DNA of 64,000 bases, taken from Chlorokybus atmophyticus (Eukaryota; Plantae; Mesostigma and Chlorokybus algae). Positions within the stretch are counted from its first letter, which is position 1; each line of letters opens with the position of its first letter. The stretch is from contig RHPI01002402.1 of the NCBI GenBank assembly GCA_009103225.1, positions 310,001-374,000 of the forward strand, read 5' to 3'. Shown here piece after piece: positions 35,900 to 48,253 of this stretch. The position numbers and the translations under genes are program-made. The notes under the pieces are model-generated. The model was not told the origin of the DNA and searched no databases. It saw only the letters and a program-made list of their open reading frames with translations.

Positions 35900-38800
35900 T
35901 AGCAGGTATACAGCCTTTTCGTTTTTACTACATCTTGATGAAACTCCCGCAGCTTACTAAGGTTCTTGTTATTAGCGTGGTGGTATTGTGCTTCTAATAG
36001 GCATATGGAATAAGCAATCACGATGAAACCCAGCTGGAAGCTGTGAACTACTGGACTTTGCTGGTGCCGCAACAGAATGGTGGTGCGCCTCCCGCGGGGG
36101 GGTAAACTTTCTTTGTGCTTGAGGTGCGTTGTTATACAAGTGCAGTGCAGTCACTACATCAAAAAAAAAAACAAAGAACACCTAGCTCGCAGCTATTGCG
36201 AGCACAATCGCATGGTTCTATGCATGGTGTCAATGTAATCATGCAAAGACGGCTCACATGACAGTTACGCCATAGTGAGTATCGCTGCTCAGGTAGTACT
36301 CCAAGCTCAGGGTCTGCACACAAATGCTTCAAACATGCACAGGCAATCATGCTGAATCTACGGTGGGCATGGTGTGGGTATCTGTACAAATGCGTGTTTG
36401 ATGGAGTATCAATGCTTCATCATCGACTCCTTCAATATGCTAATCAAGCCCTCCTTCTCCATCAGCTCGCCTTCAAGGGCAGCAATGCGCCGACCCTGTG
36501 CATCTACCTGCTGCTGCTTGCCTCTCACCATGCTGCGTGCCTCAGCAACATCTTGTGCACATCGCACATTCGATGATTCCAGCTCCAGAATCTTCAGCTT
36601 TGCAGCCGACACAGACTGCGAACACGAAGGCACTTGTTGGCATACACGTGAACTTGTTCATGCACCAACAGCCAGAGAAGCAAGCAAGTGGAACTGGTTA
36701 AAATTGCAGGGGCCACTGACCTGCAGCTGCTGTTCTAGATGTGCCACACGTTGCACACGTGCGTTTAGCTCGGCTTGCAAGCTGGACAGCTGAGTACTTG
36801 CGTCGCGGAGCTGTGACCGCAGTTCTGTCAGCTCTGATGATTGTTTGCCCAGCCTTCTGCCAAGCGCTGCAAGGTCTGCACGCAGTTGCTCTGACTCCAA
36901 CTTGGCTTTCTGCAGAGAACACAAGGGTTGGCTCCCTTCTGCAGCAGTCAACCTGAAGTCAAACAACCTCATACAATGGTACCTGCAGGTCTCCTTCCGC
37001 CGTAACCAACTTCTCAGAAAGCAGGTTGCAATGCAGATCTTTCATCTGGTTGTCTTCTTTGATCATCCAGAGATCATCCGTCACGTTTTGCAGTTCCGTC
37101 TGGCTGATTTGTAACTGTTGCTGCAGGACCTGCAACGACACCACAAGGTGAGTACCGCAGCAACCACCACCAAACACTTCACGCAGCAGACCAAACAAGC
37201 ACACATTGCATCCGACCTGGGTTACCTCACATCACGCCAGTTAATAAAGTCAGCAATAGAGTCGTTGTAGCACCATAAAGCTTAGGTACCAATGCGTGAC
37301 TGACCTGGACTTCTTCCTGGAGTTGCTGTATCTTGGCACCTTGCTGAGCGATCTTATCAACTGCCGGAAGCTGTTTGCTGCGCTCCGCTACGACTTCCTC
37401 AAGTTGCGTCTGTGCTGATGTCGCCTGCCCTTCTAGCGTCTGGATTCGATGCTGCAGCTCAGCTCTTTCCACAGCCCACTCACGCGAATGCTGTTGAGCT
37501 GCATCCTTCTCTTGCTGCAGCTGCTGAGTGATCATTTCTTGCTGCTGTTCGCTCGCATTAGCCTCAGTTCTCAGGCCCGCAAACTCTTGCTCCAAAGCAC
37601 CCTGCTGCTCTTCTGCCTTGTGCAGTTGGTCTGTCAAAGCAGCAATATCCTTGGACCAGGCGTTGGCCTTGTCCTTGAGCTCCTGCTGCAGCGCTTGATA
37701 CTGTTCCAGCAGAGCAGCGTGCTCCGTGTGAAGGCTGCTGGCCTCTGATTGTTGTGCAACAAGTTGGTTGAGCTTTTCTTCAAGCCCTGCTTTCTCAGCA
37801 AACCAGGATTTGGTCTGTGCTTCAAGCTGAAGAGCAGCGGTTTCGTGAACCTGATGCAGAAGGCTATTAATGGCGGCCGTCTCTTTGAGGTTGGCTTCCG
37901 CCTGCACTTGCGCTGCAAACATGGCAGCCTCCAAGGTTTCCAGATCTTGTTGACTGGAAGCAAGCTGGCGCAGCAGGTCCTCTCGGATGGTGGATAGCTC
38001 TTGAATCTGAGTTATTGTTGCAAAGCGAAGTTAAGAACTGATTCTGTACAGACACAGGCGCTACAAACTTGTGACAAACTGGTTTTAGAGCATGCTGACC
38101 TGCTGTTGGAGTCCAGCAACCTGGGCAGCATTTGTGGTCTCACGAGTAGCAAGCTGGTCCCGCAGTGCAGCCACAACAACTTCATGTTGCATGTGCTGTG
38201 AAGACAAGTCCTTTATCTGGCTTGCAATCTGTCCCAGTTCCTGAGCGCAAAGAATATGAGCAGGTGCCACCACAACAAGACTAAGACGAGCGTTGCACAA
38301 GCGCCAAGCCAACCTCAATGTGCACTTGAGCTTGAGCAAGCTGCGTCTGTGCCTGCTGCAGCTGCTGCACATACTCTTCAGCCTCTAGTTGAAGGGCGGC
38401 ATGCTCCTGTTGCTCGTGCTCAAGCTCCATCTTCACATGTCCATACTCCTGTACGCAGAGCAACATTTCTATGATGCGCGCACGCACTTCACTATGACTC
38501 TTGTGACATCTGTACAGGTACAGGTACCTTCACAACAGCCGCATACTTCACCCTCACATCCTCCAAGTCTTCCTTAGCAAGTGTGAGCTCTTCATGGTCC
38601 ATCTGGTGTGTTTGCGAGATCTTCTGGGTCGATAGCAGCTGCTCTTCAAGATTGGCAACAGTTTGCTGCAAAGAGGAAATAAACACATTGCGTTCCTCGA
38701 CCAACTTGACGAGGTTGGCGGTGGACAGCTTATGCCCATCAATCTCCTCCATCGCATGCGCATGCTTGTCTTTGCTTTGCGACAGCTCCAGATCTTTGCT

Positions 38801-41800
38801 GTGCAGCTCCTTGTTTCGCGTCTGCAGCAACTGGTCAAAAGTTTCAGCTTCTTGCCGCAGGCGTGTGCACTCTGCCAATGCAGACTTTAGCTGAGCTTCT
38901 GCGGCAAAGGCCTCCTCCTGTGCTACTGCCACGCGTGCTTCACCAGCACGCACGCGCTCATCAGCAAGATTCTCGACTTCAGCCAGCTCTTGTTGCCAGT
39001 GCTGCACTTCTTGTTCCAGCTCAGCACCAAGTTGTCGCATATCATCTTCTAGTCGAGCAACGCGCACCTACATCACCGGCATCAATCCTTGCACATTAAA
39101 GTAGGTTGTGAAGGAACGTGCTTGGAGATTGCCAGCGAAGCATTACCTGATGCCGCCGGCGTTCTGCAGCAATTGTCTCCTCGGCAACAGCTTGTTGCTT
39201 CTGCAGGTGTGCTGCTGATGCAGCTAGATCATTTGCAAGCCTCTCGTTCGTCTCGTTTAAAGATTGCATGCGCGCATCTCGCGCAGCCAGCTCTGCACCA
39301 TAGGATTGCTGCAAAGGTCCCTGCTGGTCAAGTTGCGCTAGAAGTTGCTGCTTGTGCTCTGTGACAGCTTGCAACTTTGCTTGCAGCGCCTTGAGTTCTG
39401 CGCAGTGCATAAACAGTTGTTTTAACCTTTCCTCAGCTCGAAGAAAGGGCTTTCTTTCTTACCTTCTGCGGCAGTCTGCGCGGTCGAGGTGTCTGCTTGC
39501 CACAACTGCAAAGCCTCCTGCAACTGAGTTTCAAGGTCATGGTTTCGTTGCTCCAGCTCTGCGATGCGTTGTTGGAGCCTCTGCATTTCTTCGTGGCCAG
39601 GGCTGATTTGTTGCTGTTGAAGATAAGGTATTGTTGGTACCCAGACAACTGTGCATTCAGGTAAACTCACATTTGTATGTACTAGCAAACTATTCATAAG
39701 GTCCACAACGCACCTGCTCAATCTGTCCTTTCAACTCGGAAAGCAGCTCAGTAGCTTGCCACAAAGCTTCCCGTGACTGCCGCCACCCTATCTCTGCCAC
39801 TTGCAGAGCTTCAGCGGCATCCGTCTGCTGCATGATCAAGCGTGACACCTGTAGCGCAGCAACGCTGTTAGCCATTAGCCTTCACTAATGCACCGTACGA
39901 GGTTGATTACCTCAGCAGTATGCTCTCTCTGCATAGCTTCGTGGACAGGCGTGACAGGCATCTTGCCTTTGTCATTCAAGCCAAACGTATTCGCGCCTTG
40001 TCCTGCCAAAAGAAACGCGCTGAAGAATGTCCCATGACAGATAGCAACGACCTGCAATGACCAATACAGCCAGCTCACCTAGCTGTCTTTGTTGAAAATC
40101 TACCCGCAGCTGATCCAGCTCAGTTACCAGCTCCTGCATCTTCTTTCCTTGATCCATGATGCGAGCAGCAGATGCTTTTTTCACCTCCTCCATCTCAGCA
40201 GACAGCGCAGAGTTGTGAGTTCGCAAGCGAGCAATTTCCTGCTGAGACTGCATGGCTCCAGCAATGCTAAGTGATCTGATGGAGTTTGCTGTGGTTGTCT
40301 GCGAACATAGTCTTGAATCTGCAAGTGCTGGAGCGGATAGTTCAGGAGCTACCTCAAGCACAGTGGGATGGTGCAAAAGATATGCTGCCCGCTCGCGGTC
40401 AATGCATGCCTCAAGCGCTTTGTTCTGCTCTACAGCTTGCTGCACTTTTGCTTCCAACGCTGCAGCAGACTCTTCAGCTGCTTGACGGGCAGCTCGCTCG
40501 GCTTGAACACGCAGCTCAGCCTCCTCGCGCAGCTCAACAAGACGTGTCACATGCTCACGGTTGCGCCGAGCGCCGGCCACAGCTTCCTTCAGCACAGTGT
40601 CCGACAGCTCACGATCTACAGATGAACTGCGCAAGCGCGATTCAGCACCAGATCTACTTCGGGCACTGTTTGGAGTAGATGGTTGACTGTCATTGGCTCC
40701 TGTGTTGTGAGCTCCATCATGATGGCGTCGCGGTGTCCGAGGAGCCAATGTCTCATCCTCAAACAAGGCTTGTGACCAAGCAGCCCATGAGCTGCTCGGT
40801 GCGGTTGAATGCAGATGGCTTTTGGGCTTGGAGGTGCCAGCGTTGTCTATATCTGTCTCAGTTGCAACGCGCCTCGGGCTTGTCACACGCCGGCCCAAGT
40901 CATCAGCCCCTTCAAAGGGCTTCTGCACGCCATATTCCTTCCAGAAGGTGCGAACGCCTGCGAGCCTTTCCCTGATGTCTTGCATGTGCCTAGCAATCTC
41001 CTCTTCTTGGGTAAGCGCATTCATTTCGAGCTGCTTGAACGGTTCTCTAGGTGTTACTTCAACTGTAAGTGTGTGAACGTCCTTAATGGGTTGATCCGCA
41101 GTGGTGCCTTCCGCAGCAAGTCGTGCACTGGGACGCTGCACAGCAAAGCAAGTCACTGTCTGCCATGGTTACGATTCACAAATCGTCATTCCAACATCTT
41201 GGCGTTCATTTGACAGTGAGCACAACCAACCTGGCTGGTCAGTTCGTCGAGAAATGCCATCAGCTTTTGGCTTTGCAGCCTAAGGCTGCTGTTAGGTGAG
41301 ACGACGGATTCCATGCCACTTGCAGGTGCTGATCTGGCGTGCAGCTTGCCTGAACCACTTGTAAGCATCTGCGCAAGCACCGGTGTTCAAGCAGGCTGTC
41401 TAAGAATGACGTAGCTTTCCACGTCCAAGTACGCACCTCGTCCAAGTCGTGAACGCGAGTTCTGCCAAGGCCACCTTGTCTCACTGGCTCTCGGATCCCG
41501 ACACCAACACTCTGGCTCTTTACAGAGTCAGCTAGTGCTCGTAATGCACTGAAGATAAGATGCTGTTACAGTTGGTCGGCATTACAGGGCAGGCGGAATG
41601 TCGTATGCCAGTACAATGCAAAGTGGTGTGAGCAAGCAAACCTGCACGTACCTCACCCACTCCCCAACATGCGCAGCCTCACTTGAAACTGTGCTTGCTG
41701 CAATGCAATCAACACAACTGTGTGAACACTTTTAAACAGGCTGTCATGCGCACAACCCTGCTGTCACAACGGTACAACACACGTGCAAACAGCATCAAGG

Positions 41801-41984
41801 CTGCACGTACAAGCTCTTGCAGGACACTTGTAAGCTAGTGCACAGGCATGGTATGCATGCCAGTGCATAAGCATGGTGTTGTCCAAAGACCATGCAATCA
41901 CGTTAAGAATGGTACTCGTGAGAATGCTTTGAGCAAGCACCTACCTGTCGATGGTGCTGTGGGTGGGGGAGTGGTCGCTGCCAT
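35900..41984 (-). CDS. Large multi-exon coiled-coil protein of unknown family; both ends uncertain
   Basis: More than 10 GT-AG exons rich in Q/E/L/A heptads (e.g. ORFs 39972-41156, 38492-39067, 37227-37934). Candidate ATG at 41984 (MAATTPPPTAPST). Confidence 0.75.
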
Positions 41985-42057
41985 GACGCTCCGTAGCTTA
42001 CTGGAGCAACGCTAGTGGCAAGTCTTCAACAACTAATTGGCAGTTAAGAATCAGACA

Positions 42058-42065
42058 AAACCCTA
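42058..42065 (-). promoter_or_regulatory. Telo-box just upstream of the coiled-coil gene start
   Basis: AAACCCTA on the plus strand, about 75 nt from the candidate ATG. Confidence 0.3.
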
Positions 42066-43334
42066 GATACCCTTGGCCTGACTACTGTGTAGATGCAGAC
42101 CACAGCAGGACACGCAACACAGAATAGTGTGTTTTGGTGATGCACAACAGTACACGGAACCAACTTTGCGGGCAGTGTTGTTTAAGCGCTTCTTGCTTGC
42201 TGCTTAACCTGCAAGCAGTTCACAGTTTGAAAGCTACATTGCAGGTGAACGCTTGCGCTTGCGTTAGATGAGTGAAACAAGCAACGCAGTGAAAATTGTA
42301 TGTGTATGGGAGACCGTTCGCCAGGCAAAAGCCAACTGCTTGCTAGAGCAAGTAAACGAGCCGCAAGCGAGTAGCAAACAATGCCAGCTTACCGTAATTG
42401 CCACAAAGCTTACTCACAATCCCCTGCTCCTTGCCCCGCCTGCCGCAGCAGCGGCGGCGGCCGCAGCGACACCCTGCAGCACCCAAACAGGCGCCACACC
42501 GAGTCAAACTCTAACCCTGTTGACTGAGCCCTAACGCCCGGGTTCAGTGAACCTGCTAGAATCCAGAGCCCGTCTTACTGATCCAATCTCAGACGAGTAT
42601 CAATCTGGATCAGTATGGACCACTGTGCCACACGTTGCTTGCGTGCCACCACTGCCCGGCTGTGCCAACGGGCGGGAGACCGCAGCGCGCGAGCCTGTGC
42701 TTGTGTGTTGCGTGACGTGGGAAGCAGGTGCCACGTGGCGGCAGAAACCAGCGGGCAAGCTAGGCGGCGGCGGCGGCGCTGGCGTCGACCGAAGCGGCGT
42801 TCGGTCTGCGCTTGCTGTTGCTCCTGGCAATGTTGATGCTGGCAGCTGGTGTTCGATTGCGTCAGACTCGTTCCTCCGGCAGCTCCCAATTCAGATTGGT
42901 TGTAGAAGTGAGTACAAGTGCTTGGGCCTGTCAGACTGCCTCAAGAGGAGTTGTCGTTGATCGCGCGCATTCATCTCTCGGGAAAACTTCAATTCTTCAT
43001 GCGTAGTGTGCTGGCATGCTGATTTTCGTAAACTGGTTTGTGCACGGGTTGTTGAACTCATCATCACTTGCCATCAATTTGTATGATTAATGCCGCTTGA
43101 GGCAGTTGAGTATTGCCAGTTGTTGATCGCACTTCCACCCTTGACTAGTACAGTAGCATGCACAAGAGGTAAACACCTCTGTGGACTGCTAGCTTGGGTA
43201 GCAGTCGGGCATGTGACTGATGTGCATGTTGGTGTACTGACCTCTCCGTATATGCCATCTGTTGGTGCTTGCTTGTGGTGTGTGTCACACCGTGCTGGGC
43301 CTGACTGGTTTGCTGCACGGCAGATCTGTCCACC

Positions 43335-46325
43335 ATGAAGCCCAAAAAACAGCTTGCCATTGTTGTTGGCGCCGGCGTGTCTGGGCTGGCAGCAGCACGG
43401 CGGCTTCAAGAAGCCGAGTGGAATGTGAGCGCATGCTTCTAGATGGTTCAACACCGCTGCGACACATCCGTCAAGTTTTGTTGTTCACTTGACATGGTTG
43501 CGGCCAGGTCATTGTGCTGGAGGCACGAGACCGGTTGGGTGGGCGAGTACATACCGATACATCCATGGGCTGGCCTGTTGACCTCGGTGCCTCTTGGTAA
43601 GACATACAACCTTTATACGGGTGTGATATAGCTGGTTTCACCTATAAGCGCATTGAAAAGCACTGTGCTTTCGCGTTGGCCATCGCTAACAATGGCATGG
43701 TAGTCACTGTTTGCTTGTGTTATAGAGTGCAGTGTCTGTAGTGTCTTAGGTTATCAGGGATCTTTATCACAGGCTTATGTGACAAGCAGTGTTGAAGTTG
43801 TATCAAACTCATCCAAACCAGGGTACATGGTGCTTCTCCAGCCAATCCTGTGATGGAGGCAGTGTGGCGGCTGCGCATGCCAGCATATTGCACTAGTGGG
43901 GATGACTCCATCCTCTACGATCACGACCTCGACAGGTTTGATATTGGACTGCATGGCTGATATCCCTAAAGCTGTTCTCTGTGTGGACATGTTCCTCTTA
44001 CTGGTAGTTATGATAAGTCGGCTGGTGCGCTCGGTTCAACTTGTTTCGTATGAACTGGAGTCGTATGCTATGTGTTTTACCAACTTATGTACAGCTACAT
44101 CCTATTTGACGTGGATGGTACGCGTATTCCTCGAGAGGTTGTCGCACAAGTGTCAGACCTATTTGAAAACATGCTGCAGCAGGTCAGCGTCATCCCTACA
44201 TGTTGCTGTTGCAGATCTGCAGCATACTCAAAACCAGGCTTCTATTCACCAATGCACTACCTTATGCGCAGGTGGAGCAGCTTCGCAATAACTTACCTGA
44301 TGTTGAGATGTCTCTTGAAGGTGCTTTAGCAGAAGTGGTGCTAAAGTGCCCCCAGTTCAAGTGAGTGCTGGCTGTACCTGGGTAGCATCGCGGCCACCTT
44401 GTCGGTGGTGGTGTTGGGTTGAAGTTTGGTATTCAATTACTCTGATGGCAGCGTGGAGGGCATGCACAAACGTGTACTGCAGTGGTTTGTTTGCCGCATG
44501 GAGGGGTGGTTTGCTGCTGACATATCCAAGTTGTCGTTTCGCTACTGGGATGAGGTACTTGCTGAGATAGATGCCGTGCTAGGTTGCTGTCAGTGAATCT
44601 GCATGTCTAAGACTGGTCTGGCAGGAAGAGTTACTTCCTGGCGGGCACGCGTTGATGGTGAGAGGATATGCGCCCTTCATTGCATCGCTGGCGAAGGGTC
44701 TTGACGTGCGGTTGCGCAACCGGTAGATTAAGAGTTCATAATGCACGCCTGCATGCTTTATTGTACACGACTGACAGTGTCCCATGACTTGTTGCCATCA
44801 GAGTCATCAGCATCGCCTACACAGGTGACACAGTGCACGTAACTACCGAGCGGGGCCGAACACTGACAGCTGATGCTGTGGTGGTATCGTTGCCGCTGGG
44901 CGTGCTCAAGGCACATAGTGTTAGGTGCGGTGTCTTTGTATAGTAGCTGTTTGTATGCGTTGTGTGGTCAGCAGCAAGTTGACATGCTGTCCTGTTGCTA
45001 GGTTTGAGCCTCATTTGCCACCTTGGAAGCAGCGCTCTATTCAACTTCAAGGAGTGGGCATCGAGAACAAGGTGTGCAGTTGCAGAGTTTGTTTTCAAGC
45101 AGTACATTGGAGTCCTTTGGCTGCTCTGTTTGCATGGCATGTTAAAAGTCTGCACAGCATTGAGTTTAAGTCCTGGAGTTTGAAGGGCCATCAACATGAC
45201 AAGCAACGGTTGTCCGCAGATTGTGCTAAAGTTCCCTGAAGCATTTTGGCCCAATGTAGACTTCCTCGGTGTTGTTGCACCCACCCCCAACGAGTGCAGC
45301 TACTTCCTCAATTTGCATCGTTGCACAGGCCATCCTTTTCTGGTACTTGTGCTATGCCTAGGTTAACCTCACGAAGACGTCCAGGTGCTGACTGTTGTGC
45401 TTGTGGCAATTGCTTGCGTCCTTGCAGGTTTTCATGCCGTCAGGTGGGCTTGCGGAGCAGCTTGAAAAGCAAACCGACGCTGAGGCAAGTAGTACAGGTT
45501 GAGTTTGCACGTTGGCCATGCTCTTGTCCTTTTTAATGATTGTCCGAGCCTGATGCTTGCAGGTGCAAGCATATGTGGTGTCTGCGATACAAACCATGCT
45601 TCCTGGTATCAAGGTGCCTGAACCGGTAAGCTCTTCAGAGTCCACCTGCGAACTGCTGTTAGTGTCTGGGACAATTGGTGCAGCCAATTTGTTTTGAGTC
45701 TGGTCAAGCATGACCCGTAATAATGTTGACAATGTGTTACGCAGTTGGACATGTTAGTTAGCCGATGGTTCTCCGATCCGGACTCTCGCGGCACATACAC
45801 TTTTGATGCTGTGGGCAGCACCCCTGAGAACTATGATAGGTGCTGCCTCCTGTGCTAGTTGCCTGCATTAGTTGTCAAATTATCAGTACATCAACATATG
45901 TGACAAGCAGTAATGCGCAGGTTGGCGGCTAGTGTTGGAAGACTGCACTTTGCAGGGGAAGCCACCAGCAGACACTTCCCAGGAACTGTAAGCGCGCATA
46001 TGCTATGTCATCATAGTACACGTGCACCATTCAGCTACGTGTCCATGGAGACATTGCTAATGAGGTTGCATTGCATGCACAGGTACATGGAGCGTTTGTG
46101 TCCGGCATACGCGCAGCCCAGGAGATCATCAAAGAGCACACAGCGCTGCCGCTTGTTTCAGAGACAGTGAAGCTTCAAGTGGAGCCGATTGTGCCTCTAT
46201 TGTCATCAAGTTACTGGACAGAAAGCGTTAATGCTGCACAATCATTCACCACTGCACCTAGTGTAGATGCTACATGTAACGGCAGGACCGCATCATGTAT
46301 ACCGATTCACCTGGCCAAGTTGTAA
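43335..46325 (+). CDS. PAO: Flavin polyamine oxidase of the plant PAO2/3/4 type with C-terminal PTS1 (AKL)
   Basis: [35 protein letters not shown]|[13 protein letters not shown]|[44 protein letters not shown] and [12 protein letters not shown]; ends ...HLAKL*. Confidence 0.9.
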
Positions 46326-46839
46326 ATAGAAGTCTAGATGCTGACAATTGTCAGCTAGCCTGCGACAGTTCTTATTGAACAGTCATTTGGAGTTGGTTTT
46401 TTACAAGTATCTCATATGTCTTCGGATCAGCGGTCACAATTGTGCAAGCATAGTACACCTGCTGTGGCCTGACATTGAAGCACAGCCAACTCCCAGCTGG
46501 TGTCAGGGACAAAAGCCATTAGGCCACATTACTGGTGGGCGCTCGCAAGCCTGCCATTGAGCTGTTGCAAGGCGTGCATTGAGGCTTGTTGGGACGAAGC
46601 ATTGTATGCATGTAGACTTGGATATCTTTTGACAGGCTCTTCTGCACAATGATAGAGCTTAGAGAGTACCTTGATGCTGTCACCAACAAGTCAGATGTGG
46701 ACCCATGGGTTGGGGAAGCTGACCTGACAGGTTGGACACAGCCTTTTGTCGCTGGAAAATTTGTTCTGCTTGGCCTAGCAAAGCAGCTAAGCGGAGAGCT
46801 TCTGCCGAAAGTGACGCTGAATCTGGCATGCACGCAGTG

Positions 46840-48046
46840 TTAGTACCCGGCAGTTGGGCGTGCAGCGACATGCTGAGTCTGCAAGCACAAAGCATGCACA
46901 AGGCAATGTGACCTGCACTGTTTTTGTCGTGCTCTCCCAAGGTGGCAGCAATATCTCTGAGCTTCTGTATGTGGTCGCTGTATGCCAACTCGCGCTTCCA
47001 CGCTGCTTCCTCGCGCTTTAGGTCCCTGTTGCGTTGGCGCAGCTGTCGCACATACATGTATCAGCAGCAGTATAGAGCGCACTCCGCAGTAATTACCTTT
47101 GCTGCCTGGGCTTTGAGTTGCTGCACTTCACTGACGAGGCTAGCCTCTTCTGTCTCAGCATCTGTACAGTTTGCTGTTGAGGTCTGTAGTTCCTGTCGCA
47201 ACATTCTACATCAGCATGCAGCATCCAAGGTCGGTCAGTGCGCGGCGGAAAATGCATACCTCCACAACTAGCTCATCTGGGCAAGTGAACACTTCCTCCA
47301 GCACTTGCTTGGTATACACTTTGTAACAGTGTTCACGTCTCTCGTCGGCTTTTTCATACCACATTTGTAAGTACTGCGCAGGGGACGCGACGTCACGCAA
47401 GTGCGTCAATGCAGGTGTGTCTGTTGTGTGCACACAACACGCCGTAGCAACTGACCGGTGCGATGCGTGGTATCGACTCGGCTTGCCCATGCTGGTACAA
47501 TCTCTCAATCACAAACCTGCGCAACGCAGAGCCAAGGCTGACAGACCCTCAACGGCAGAGTGCAAGAGCAACATGTAAGTGTACTGCAGCCTGTTTCATC
47601 ATTTTGCATCAATGTTTGAGCACGTTGCTGACGCAGGCCACTTGCACGTGAAGATGTTGGCTGAGAGATGTACCTTAACAGCCACGCAAAACCATCAAAG
47701 TTGTGCCTTTCCACCTGCACAGCCAAGCACAAACCCAGTGTTGGCGTCAGCTGCCACACACTTCCACAGAAGCAAACCAAACACCCCCCCTCGACAGGTC
47801 ACTGAAAGCAGCACCAGAAAACACAAGCGCGTTCACATTGGTGCTGCAACCACAGTCAATGGGACATGCACTCACGGTTTCTTCCATGCTGCTTAGAAAC
47901 TCCTCCACGTCAATGCCAAAGCGCCGCATCAACGCCTCGTGCTGGTGCTCACCACCGACAGCCAACGCATCACCATCCCCACCTCGCACCATAGATGCGT
48001 CCGGCCCCGCCTTCGCCCCCACCTCCATGTCGCTGCCGCCGCCCAC
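46840..48046 (-). CDS. Putative Mis12 kinetochore protein, multi-exon
   Basis: RRFGIDVEEFLSSMEET|VERHNFDGF, then YTKQVLEEVFTCPDELVV, then a short coiled coil. This follows the layout of plant MIS12 as I remember it (F.NE.IN.VED...FD; CF.VPDGFVL). The similarity is weak. Confidence 0.45.
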
Positions 48047-48187
48047 AACAGCAACGCCCCTGCCAACAAGCTGAAGCCACGCCGGAGTGCCGCTGCCCTA
48101 GTGCGCTACTCACCTGTCAAGCATAGTGCGCGACGCTGGATCTCCCGCCCACTTTTTTGCGCATTCAAACAGTGAAAGACGTTGGGA

Positions 48188-48202
48188 TTAGGGTTAGGGT
48201 TT
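48188..48202 (+). promoter_or_regulatory. TTAGGGTTAGGGTTT telomere-like / telo-box motif in the Mis12-like/NUP155 bidirectional promoter
   Basis: Direct observation in the ~207-bp head-to-head interval. Confidence 0.4.
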
Positions 48203-48253
48203 GGTGGGGCAGTTTGGTGCTGCTCCGCCGCGGCGGCGGCGGCGGCGGGCGGG

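Noticed and set aside
39900-40030. Ankyrin-like stretch LLAGQGAN..DKGK..TPVHEA
   Set aside because: The best splice acceptor (TTTCTTTTGGCAG) removes the first part; what remains is a single weak match within coiled coil.
44040-44075. Intronic ELESYA resembling the plant PAO HDLESYA motif
   Set aside because: It is out of frame with the flanking exons, and the true motif is already formed by splicing (HDLD|SY). A post-hoc match, probably chance.
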